A stretch of DNA of 64,000 bases from Candidatus Lambdaproteobacteria bacterium RIFOXYD2_FULL_50_16 (GTDB lineage: Bacteria > SAR324 > XYD2-FULL-50-16). Each line of letters starts with the position of its first letter. Positions within the stretch are counted from its first letter, which is position 1. Under the pieces are notes generated by a model. It worked only from the letters and a program-made list of their open reading frames with translations. It was not told the DNA's origin and searched no databases. Both the position numbers and the translations under genes were made by a program. Of this stretch, positions 38,097 to 45,563 are shown one piece after another. The stretch is taken from NCBI GenBank assembly GCA_001783695.1, contig MFNE01000043.1, forward strand, positions 77,062-141,061. Direction: 5' to 3'.

Positions 38097-39752
38097 TTAA
38101 TCCTCCTCCTCTGCCATTGGCCCCAAGGTGGGGCGTTCTAGGTCGTCTTCACGAAGGTCGATGTCTCGATTTTTTTCGCCGTCCATGATTAGGGCGTTGC
38201 CCACCAATTCGTGAAGCCCTGAAACCTCCATCCCTGGCACCCAGTAGTTCATACTGGCGGTCAAGGCAACTCGGTCAATGGCGCAGATGGCGGCTAGCAA
38301 ATCAGAGCCATGGGTCTTTTTGGCCCAACGGGCGGCAGCGGCTCTAGGGAAGCCGCCGCGCATCCGAATGTCCATGTATTCTTCGGTGTTCAGTCCCGAA
38401 CCTGAACCGCAACAAAAGGTTTTCTCGCGGATCGTGTCTTCGGGCATTTCGTGGAAGTTGTTGACCACCTGGTTTAAGATATAACGAGGTTCCTCGATTA
38501 GCCCCATCCCCCTACTGGTGTTGCAGCTGTCGTGGAAGGTGACGTTTCGGTGGTCGTTTCTACTGGGGTCTAATTTAAGTTTATGGTGATGGATTAAATC
38601 AGCGGTGAACTCAGCGATATGAACCATCTTGGTTTCTTTGGCATGCTCAAAAAGGGTCCCGGTGATGGGGTTTTTGGGGACCTCTAAAAAGGGCGCCGGG
38701 CCGTTCATGGTGCTCATATATTGGTGCACCACCCGCCACATATGCCCACACTCGCCACCTAAGATCCACTTAACCCCCAAGCGCTCGGCTTCGTGATACA
38801 TCTTGCCGTTGAGCTTTTTCATTACGTCGCTAGAGGTAAACAAACCAAAGTTGCCCCCTTCCGAGGCATAGGTGCTGATGGTGTAATCGAGGCCAATATG
38901 CTTAAATAATAGCAGATAACCCATCATCGTGTACATCCCTGGCACCGCAAAGGCGTCCGCCGAAGGGGTGATAAACAGAACCTCCGCCCCTTTTTTGTTA
39001 ATCGGGGGCTCAATCGCAATCCCAGTAATGTCTTCTAGGTCTTCGCAGATACTCTCCAGCGCCGAAACAAAGGCGTGAGGCTCCAGGTTTAAATGATTGC
39101 CGGTGCGGTTACAGTCGCTGGCCGGTTTGAGGACCCAATTGATGTTGACCCCGATCAGGTGCAAGAGTTCGCGGGCCATCATAGTAATTTCGGCGGTGTC
39201 GATGCCGTAGGGGCAAAAGACTGAGCAGCGGCGGCATTCGGTGCATTGATAATAGTACATAAACCATTCTTTAACCACCTCTTCGGTGAATTTGCGCGCG
39301 CCCCCTAACTGGCCCAAAAGCTTGCCAGCCACCGTAAATTCGCCTCGGTAGATCGAGCGCATCAATTCAGCGCGCATCACCGGCATATTTTTCGGGTCGC
39401 CCGTGCCTAAAAAGAAATGGCATTTGTCGGCGCAAGCGCCACAACGAACACATATTTCCATAAAGAGTTTAAAGGCCCGGTTTTTCCCTAACCGTTCCTT
39501 CATCCCTACATGCAACCGCTGCATCCAGTCTTCTGGAAGCTTCCAGTCGGCTTCAGCCGGGTCCCATTCTCGGGCGTGGGGCAGACCCAAACCGTTTAGG
39601 GCCTCTGGTTTAGCAGAATAACAATAGTTGCCGGGTTTAAACTCGGCCGGGGTCTCCATCCAGTTGGTCTGGGGGGTCTCTCCGGTCAAGAGGCTAGCCT
39701 GGGACGCAATCGCTTCGGCCAGTTCGGCAGGTTTGGCTACAAACTTGGACAT
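38097..39752 (-). CDS. dsrK: DsrK, HdrD-like Fe-S subunit
   Basis: CVRCGACADKC, CTECRRCSVFCPYGID, GECGHMWR, HDSC, CCGSG, CAID. Confidence 0.97.
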   Translation of the reverse strand: MSKFVAKPAELAEAIASQASLLTGETPQTNWMETPAEFKPGNYCYSAKPEALNGLGLPHAREWDPAEADWKLPEDWMQRLHVGMKERLGKNRAFKLFMEICVRCGACADKCHFFLGTGDPKNMPVMRAELMRSIYRGEFTVAGKLLGQLGGARKFTEEVVKEWFMYYYQCTECRRCSVFCPYGIDTAEITMMARELLHLIGVNINWVLKPASDCNRTGNHLNLEPHAFVSALESICEDLEDITGIAIEPPINKKGAEVLFITPSADAFAVPGMYTMMGYLLLFKHIGLDYTISTYASEGGNFGLFTSSDVMKKLNGKMYHEAERLGVKWILGGECGHMWRVVHQYMSTMNGPAPFLEVPKNPITGTLFEHAKETKMVHIAEFTADLIHHHKLKLDPSRNDHRNVTFHDSCNTSRGMGLIEEPRYILNQVVNNFHEMPEDTIREKTFCCGSGSGLNTEEYMDIRMRGGFPRAAAARWAKKTHGSDLLAAICAIDRVALTASMNYWVPGMEVSGLHELVGNALIMDGEKNRDIDLREDDLERPTLGPMAEEED

Positions 39753-39761
39753 GGTTGGCTC

Positions 39762-40748
39762 CTAATCAGCATCCAGGGGAATCCCAGCAGATTTCATTTT
39801 GTCTTTAAAGTCAGCCTCATAATCCGCATAGGTGCGGATCTTGATCTGGGGGTTCCAGGGGTTGATGTGCCTATTGACCCTAGAGTCGTTGGCCAAGTTG
39901 CGGGTGGGGCTAAAAAAGACCCCGCCCATATGCATCAATTTGGAAAAGGGGAAATAGGCGGCCAGGGCAGAGACCAACAACAGATGGACATAAAAGGTAG
40001 CGCCAATAACGTGCGCTTCTGGATGAAAGGTAATCAACCCTTGAATATGAGTTTTGACCAGGGCAATGTCCACCTTGTGCAGATAACGCATTCCCATACC
40101 ACTAAGGGCAATCGCCCCGATCAACATCAGCGGGAAATAATCAGCCGCGAGGCTAATATAACGCATCTTTGGGCTGATTACCCGACGGGCGAACAGGGCG
40201 GAAATGCCTAGTAAAATTAACGCGTCCGTCAAATAAAAGGTGGGCAGCGTGATTTGCAGTAACCCGTCGAACTTCTCCAAGAACCCAACAAAAAAGGGCA
40301 CCGGCTCCAAAAAGAAGCGGTAATGTCTAAGAAAGATCAACAAAAAGGACCAGTGAAACAAGAGCCCAAAAAGCCAGAGGCTTTTGTCGGACTCATAACT
40401 AAGGTCCGGGCCGGGTTCGAGGTTGGCTTTGGTATTGCGAAAGAGGCTTCTAAAAACCAACACCTCTAAAGCCATCCGACCCAAGACCCCAAGGGTCGAA
40501 GAGGGGGCTTCGAGTTCGTTGCCTTTAATCCAGGGAAGCGCCTTTTGCTGGCCACAAGTGGTAGGGATATTAAAGGGCACTGGAGTTTTGGCCCAGCCAT
40601 AAATTTTATAACTAAACCCGAATAAAAATAAAGCGAAAGCTACGTAAGGGATGACCACCCCTAAGAGGTAATATTGCCCAGCCGCCGCTCCGCCCAAGGC
40701 CAAAGCGGCCAGCGCAAAGACCGCAACTAAAGGAGCCAGTAGTTTCAT
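39762..40748 (-). CDS. dsrM: DsrM, NarI-like cytochrome b
   Basis: PVPFNIPTTCGQQK, FRSLFRN, FHWS...RH, HLLLV...YFPFSKLMH, SPTRN. Confidence 0.96.
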   Translation of the reverse strand: MKLLAPLVAVFALAALALGGAAAGQYYLLGVVIPYVAFALFLFGFSYKIYGWAKTPVPFNIPTTCGQQKALPWIKGNELEAPSSTLGVLGRMALEVLVFRSLFRNTKANLEPGPDLSYESDKSLWLFGLLFHWSFLLIFLRHYRFFLEPVPFFVGFLEKFDGLLQITLPTFYLTDALILLGISALFARRVISPKMRYISLAADYFPLMLIGAIALSGMGMRYLHKVDIALVKTHIQGLITFHPEAHVIGATFYVHLLLVSALAAYFPFSKLMHMGGVFFSPTRNLANDSRVNRHINPWNPQIKIRTYADYEADFKDKMKSAGIPLDAD

Positions 40749-41242
40749 CACAAGCTCCCCCGTTTATTGGCCAACCGGAAGACCCCTTCAGTTTGGCGCT
40801 TTTGTTCCTCGATCTGAATCATATATAGTTCCTCTCGGGCTTTCGAATAGATATCAAAACCGATACGGGTCAGTTGGTCCAAAAGATGATCAAACCCGTT
40901 TAGCTCTTCGCTCAAGTCCAGTTCGGCCTTGCGGGCTAAGCCCCGAACCAGGGCCTTTAGGGGAAACAAGAATCCAGCTGCTTGACTAGGCAGAAGCTCT
41001 TGCACCGCCAAGACCCGAATCGCTTGGTCCATGTCGGTCGCCAAGCTACGGCTATCTTCTTCGGCCAGAATATGGTCAAAAAGATTGGCCAAGGCGTCTG
41101 AAAGGGTGCGGCCCATAGGGCCTTTAAAAAAGGTTTTGGTTTTATGCCCAAATGGGCCATCGGTGGACAGCGGATAAACCGCGTCTAACCACTGGTCTAG
41201 TAAGTTTTCCCGATGCTTTAGCAAAAGTTGCGCAAGACTCAT
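40748..41242 (-). CDS. dsrT: DsrT (RsbRD N-terminal-like)
   Basis: Directly before dsrM. QW...YP, P.GRTL, IRVLAVQELLPSQAAGFLFPLK, FDIYSKAREELY. ATG at 41242. Confidence 0.88.
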   Translation of the reverse strand: MSLAQLLLKHRENLLDQWLDAVYPLSTDGPFGHKTKTFFKGPMGRTLSDALANLFDHILAEEDSRSLATDMDQAIRVLAVQELLPSQAAGFLFPLKALVRGLARKAELDLSEELNGFDHLLDQLTRIGFDIYSKAREELYMIQIEEQKRQTEGVFRLANKRGSL

Positions 41243-41244
41243 GG

Positions 41245-41592
41245 CTAACCGCAGGTGCAGCCTGAACCACAAGAAGACGAACCAGCCGTAGAGCCGCAAG
41301 TCTCGGGGTCTTGGTCTTGGGGGTTGGCAAAAATAAATTGCTCGGCCCCGTCCAACTGGCCAAAGTCGATCATCATATCGGTCACGTTGTGATCGGTCTC
41401 GGGGTCCACCACAACATTGATCCCGCTGATCTGATATTCGAGGTCGCCTGCTTGCGCCTTATCAAAACCCATATTGTACGCCATTCCTTTTTCCGCGCGG
41501 CGGGCAAAGATTCTAAGGGCCAACCCTTCTTCAGGCATTTCTTGCAGAGCCGCTAAAAATTGCTCGGCGGCCCTTTGGGTAATCACAAACAT
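41245..41592 (-). CDS. dsrR: DsrR-like IscA/HesB-family protein with Cys-rich tail
   Basis: ITQRAAEQ, LRIFARR...YNMGFD, IDF...FIFANP. Lacks the N-terminal GCSG Cys of IscA. Ends CGSTAGSSSCGSGCTCG. Confidence 0.75.
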   Translation of the reverse strand: MFVITQRAAEQFLAALQEMPEEGLALRIFARRAEKGMAYNMGFDKAQAGDLEYQISGINVVVDPETDHNVTDMMIDFGQLDGAEQFIFANPQDQDPETCGSTAGSSSCGSGCTCG

Positions 41593-41656
41593 AGGTTCTC
41601 CATTGGGGCGGGGCAGGGCCCCGTTTGGGTAAAATGCAATTCGTTCTAAAGGATGG

Positions 41657-41687
41657 AAGCCCTTTCGGCTTGGGGCCCAAAGGGCTT
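41657..41687 (-). terminator. Intra-operon stem-loop between dsrD and dsrR
   Basis: Minus strand AAGCCCTTT-G-GGC-cccaa-GCC-G-AAAGGGCTT, 16 nt after the dsrD stop. Confidence 0.55.
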
Positions 41688-41703
41688 TGCCTCCCCCAGA
41701 ACC

Positions 41704-41952
41704 TTAGGCTTTGGCCGAACCTTCCTGGTGGGGCAGTTCGAGCCAAGTTCCGTTAAAATAGGTATAAGTAACCCGCTCGGCGTCAACCAATTCCTTGATT
41801 GCTGCTTTGCAGTCCTTTTTGTCGATGCCTTCGGACTCGTATTTGTCGAGCATCGCCTTGATCAAATCGCCGGGCTTGTAGCGCTTTTTGCCTGCCGCCT
41901 CGGTGACCATTGCCAACATATCGTTGGCTACTGCCTGAATGTCTAACGCCAT
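41704..41952 (-). CDS. dsrD: DsrD (divergent type), small winged-helix protein
   Basis: 82 aa, directly after dsrB with GGAG SD. KKRYKPGDL...KKDCKAAIKELVD...YTYF pattern. Confidence 0.8.
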   Translation of the reverse strand: MALDIQAVANDMLAMVTEAAGKKRYKPGDLIKAMLDKYESEGIDKKDCKAAIKELVDAERVTYTYFNGTWLELPHQEGSAKA

Positions 41953-41960
41953 AACTACTC

Positions 41961-43031
41961 CTAGAAGCGAAGGTGAGTGGATGCGTTGTACGACTTAGTC
42001 GCCAACTTGTAATCGTCGATATGGTACTTGGTGAACTCAAAGCCGGTCAGCTTGAAAAACCTAGCCCAACCGATCCGGTCGATCATGTCCGCCAGCCGCT
42101 CCCAGGGTTTGCCGTGGGCTTTATAAACATTGACAATGGTCCGAACTGCGTCAACCACCTCTGGCCAGCGAGGGGGGTTGTTAGGGATAAAGGGCACCAC
42201 CAACTTGGTGAAGCGGGGAACACTCCGCGCATTGGCACACTTTCCACCAACCCAGATCGAAAGCCCGTCGTTTAGGGCGTCCGCAATCGGCAGCTTTGGG
42301 CAAGCCGTGTAGCAAGCGCCGCAGTACATACACTGGGATTCGTTAATTTGTAGGGTTTTTTCACCATTTAAAATATCGGCCCGAATCGCGCCAGTAGGGC
42401 AAGCAGCGATAGTGGTGGGTACTTCGCAATATTTAGCGAGGTTTTCCTTTTGTACCTTCGGCGGACGGCGGTGAATCCCTAAAATGGCGATGTCCGAAGC
42501 GTGAACGGCGCCACACATGTTCAGGCAACAAGCGACCGCTAACTTCATCCGGCCTGGGAGGCTGTGGTGGGTGAAGTCGTCGTACAACTCGTCCATCACG
42601 CACTTCACCAAGCCCGAAGCGTCCGTGGCCGAAGTGTGGCAGTGGACCCAGCCTTGGGTGTGGATTACGTTCGACGCCGAATTGGCGGTTCCACCAACAG
42701 GCCAGCCTTCGCCTTCGAGTTCTTTAATCATGGGCTCAATGTTGGCCTCATGAACCGTCATAAATTCGACGTTCGAGCGACTGGTAAAGCGCAAAAAGCC
42801 GTCGCAATATTTATCTGCAATATCGCAGAAATAGAGGATCGACTTGACACTTAAGAGCCGAGGGCTACCCACCCGGACAGACCAAAGTTTATCGCCCGAC
42901 TCACCCACATGTAACATTACGCCTGGGCGAGGGATTTCATGGTAATCCCACTTGCCATAGTTTTCTAAGATGACCGGCGGTAGGAACTGCTTGTAATCGG
43001 GACATCCGATATCGGTTTTTCTAACATTCAT
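41961..43031 (-). CDS. dsrB: Dissimilatory sulfite reductase beta subunit
   Basis: [59 protein letters not shown]. Confidence 0.98.
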   Translation of the reverse strand: MNVRKTDIGCPDYKQFLPPVILENYGKWDYHEIPRPGVMLHVGESGDKLWSVRVGSPRLLSVKSILYFCDIADKYCDGFLRFTSRSNVEFMTVHEANIEPMIKELEGEGWPVGGTANSASNVIHTQGWVHCHTSATDASGLVKCVMDELYDDFTHHSLPGRMKLAVACCLNMCGAVHASDIAILGIHRRPPKVQKENLAKYCEVPTTIAACPTGAIRADILNGEKTLQINESQCMYCGACYTACPKLPIADALNDGLSIWVGGKCANARSVPRFTKLVVPFIPNNPPRWPEVVDAVRTIVNVYKAHGKPWERLADMIDRIGWARFFKLTGFEFTKYHIDDYKLATKSYNASTHLRF

Positions 43032-43054
43032 AGCTTTCCTTTGTGGACAGATGG

Positions 43055-44263
43055 TTATTTGTTGGCGGTGGCGTCGTCTTCTTCTTCGTAGAACTCATCG
43101 TAGAAGATATACGGGTTTTCGCGCGGGTGAATCACCATCTGTACATCAGGTGCAATGCCAATTTTTTCTAAAAATTCGCCTTTGCCCATCCGCTCAACCA
43201 ACTCACCAATACGCTCTTTGTTTTCGCCATGGTCGTCCCAAACATCCCAGATCGATTCTAAGAGTTCTTTAACCTCGTCGTAAGGCTCCTCGATTTTCAT
43301 AAAGGGAACCAATACCGAGCTAAACAACGCTCCTTGCACAATCGGTGCTTTCGCCCCGATTAGAATGGTCGCGCCCCGGTCCAGGCCTGGCTTGATAGCG
43401 CGGGGATAGGCATTGATACACTGCATGCAACGTACACAGTTTTCGTTGTCAATCTTGATTTTTTTGCCATCCCATTCGATGGCCCGGGTCGGGCAGAGGA
43501 GAACCGCATCATTGATCGGATTGCGGCCATTTGCCACGTATCGGGTCATCTCTTCGTCGTTAACCCGGATATGGTCGCGCCAAGTCCCGATAATCGAAAA
43601 GTCTGCGCGGGCAATCGAGGATACGCAGTCGTTAGGACAACCAGAAACCTTGATTTTGAATTTGTAGGGAAACGCGGGTCTGTGGATTTCGTCTTGGTAG
43701 TGGTGGGTAATGTCGTGGCAAATATCCAAACAGTCGAACATCGCCCATTCGCAACGGGCCGGACCGACACAGCAAGAAGGGGTCCGCAGCGCCGAGCCCG
43801 ATCCACCTAAGTCCCAACCCTTTTCGGTTAAGGCCGAGAAGATGGGCTCTAATTCGTCGGTAGTGGTGCCCAGCAAGATAATGTCGCCCGTAGAGCCATG
43901 CATGTTAGTCAAACCCGAGCCATACTTATCAAAGATTTCGCAGAGGTCGCGCAGCGCCTGGGTGTTGTAAAACCAACCTGCTGGTTGGTTGACCCTAACC
44001 GTGTGAAAGTGGGCGGCGCCGGGGAATTCTTCGGGAGAGTCAGAATAACGGCCAATAATGCCGCCCCCATATCCTTTAACCCCCACGATCCCGCCGTGTT
44101 TCCAGTGGGTTTTTTTGTCCACATAGGACTTTTCCAATTGGCGAAGGACGTCACGCACCATGGGCTTGGTGTCGGCCATTTCCTTCATCTCTTTAACAAA
44201 GCTGGGCCAACGGCCTTTGAGCAATTCGTCTAAGAGCGGGGTTTCGCTACTAGGGTTCGACAT
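43055..44263 (-). CDS. dsrA: Dissimilatory sulfite reductase alpha subunit
   Basis: [33 protein letters not shown], siroheme/Fe-S motif CVGPARC...[16 protein letters not shown]. Confidence 0.98.
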   Translation of the reverse strand: MSNPSSETPLLDELLKGRWPSFVKEMKEMADTKPMVRDVLRQLEKSYVDKKTHWKHGGIVGVKGYGGGIIGRYSDSPEEFPGAAHFHTVRVNQPAGWFYNTQALRDLCEIFDKYGSGLTNMHGSTGDIILLGTTTDELEPIFSALTEKGWDLGGSGSALRTPSCCVGPARCEWAMFDCLDICHDITHHYQDEIHRPAFPYKFKIKVSGCPNDCVSSIARADFSIIGTWRDHIRVNDEEMTRYVANGRNPINDAVLLCPTRAIEWDGKKIKIDNENCVRCMQCINAYPRAIKPGLDRGATILIGAKAPIVQGALFSSVLVPFMKIEEPYDEVKELLESIWDVWDDHGENKERIGELVERMGKGEFLEKIGIAPDVQMVIHPRENPYIFYDEFYEEEDDATANK

Positions 44264-44326
44264 GGTTCTCCTGATTAGGGAGGGGCCATTAAGGCCCCCG
44301 TTGATCGTTGGCTCGGGCTTGGAAGT

Positions 44327-44662
44327 TTAGACGCAGCCAGTCGGTTTGGGTAGGCCAGCAATTTTGCAAGCTTGTTTAGCCGGACCCGAAGGGAATAGGT
44401 CATACAGGTACTTAGAGGCATCTTTTTTATCCATGCCTTCTTTTTTCGCAATTTCCTTAGTCAAGATCTTAACCATGGGTGCGATTTGGTATTCGGCGTA
44501 GTACTCACGCAAAAAGCGAACAATCGCCCAATGTTGTTCAGACATTTCGACATCTTCAGTAACTGAAAGGGCTTTGGCCACGTCTTCAGTCCAATCATTT
44601 AGGTCTTTGAGGTATCCGTCTTCATCGGTTTCGATGCTTTTTCCGTTAACTTCGATACTCAT
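44327..44662 (-). CDS. dsrC: DsrC sulfur carrier
   Basis: C-terminal two-Cys arm GPAKQACKIAGLPKPTGCV; GAGGAG SD. Confidence 0.97.
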   Translation of the reverse strand: MSIEVNGKSIETDEDGYLKDLNDWTEDVAKALSVTEDVEMSEQHWAIVRFLREYYAEYQIAPMVKILTKEIAKKEGMDKKDASKYLYDLFPSGPAKQACKIAGLPKPTGCV

Positions 44663-44691
44663 GTTTGCTCCTCGGTAGGATTAAAAAGTTT

Positions 44692-44753
44692 GTGAAAACA
44701 GTTCACTGTTCAAGAGATTTGCTATATTCTAATATATCGATATAAAATTACAA
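44692..44753 (-). promoter_or_regulatory. Putative dsr operon promoter with palindromic operator candidates
   Basis: Minus strand TTGTAA (44753-44748)-N16-TAGAAT (44731-44726). Palindrome TATATCGATATA at 44733-44744. GTGAA-N5-TTCAC at 44692-44706. AT-rich region. Confidence 0.45.
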
Positions 44754-44948
44754 TATCTTTTTGACAATCAAGTGTATTTTTTTACTGGAGCCGGTTTTAT
44801 ACAACATTAACTAAATGATATATAACGTTAATTAATAATGTAAAAAATCAAACCCCATTTGAAAATCCACCAATTGGAGCCCCAAAACCGCTTTATCTGA
44901 TTAACCCGATCAAGTTTAACCCCTTAAACACCTCCTTAAAGGCAAACG

Positions 44949-45563
44949 ATGGCTAGCTTACAAGATCATTGGGAAGAAATATATAAAGAGAAACCGAGTG
45001 TCAGCTTAGGCTGGTATCAAGAATCACCCAGTCTTTCTTTACGGCTAATTGAAGGCGCAGGGTTACCAAAAGAGGCCCCCTGCCTAGACGCCGGAGCCGG
45101 GTGTAGTTTATTAGCAGACCAGCTTAAGGCCATAGGATATCAAGACTTGAGCCTAGTTGATTGGTCTTTGGCCGCGTTAGAACAGGTCAAAGGGCGCTTG
45201 GGTGCAAAAGGGGTCCAATATTTGGTGGGAGATTTGTTAAAGCTTAAGCTGGAACGCCGGTATCAACTCTGGCACGACCGGGCAGTGTTTCACTTTTTAA
45301 TCAATGATCAAGAACAAGAGGCCTATTTAGAACAAGTCAAAGCCGCCCTGGTACCTGGTGGTTTTTTTGTGGTAGGTGGGTTCTCTCCCGAAGGGCCAGA
45401 ACGCTGTTCTGGTCAGCCAGTTCGAAGGTTAGCCCCTTTAAGACTGGCAGAACTGTTTGGTGCCGATTTTGAGTTAGAGGTTGAACAAGCCGACATTCAC
45501 CACACCCCAGGGGGAACCGCGCAATCTTACTTGTATCAGCGTTGGCGACGAAAAACCATTTAA
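44949..45563 (+). CDS. Class I SAM-dependent methyltransferase
   Basis: HWEEIY, WYQ, LDAGAG, WHDRAVFHFL, GPERCSG. Confidence 0.9.
   Translation: MASLQDHWEEIYKEKPSVSLGWYQESPSLSLRLIEGAGLPKEAPCLDAGAGCSLLADQLKAIGYQDLSLVDWSLAALEQVKGRLGAKGVQYLVGDLLKLKLERRYQLWHDRAVFHFLINDQEQEAYLEQVKAALVPGGFFVVGGFSPEGPERCSGQPVRRLAPLRLAELFGADFELEVEQADIHHTPGGTAQSYLYQRWRRKTI

Noticed and set aside
41243..41299. Longer start for dsrT given in the ORF track
   Set aside because: It overlaps the 3' end of dsrR; the ATG at 41242 fits the family N-terminus.
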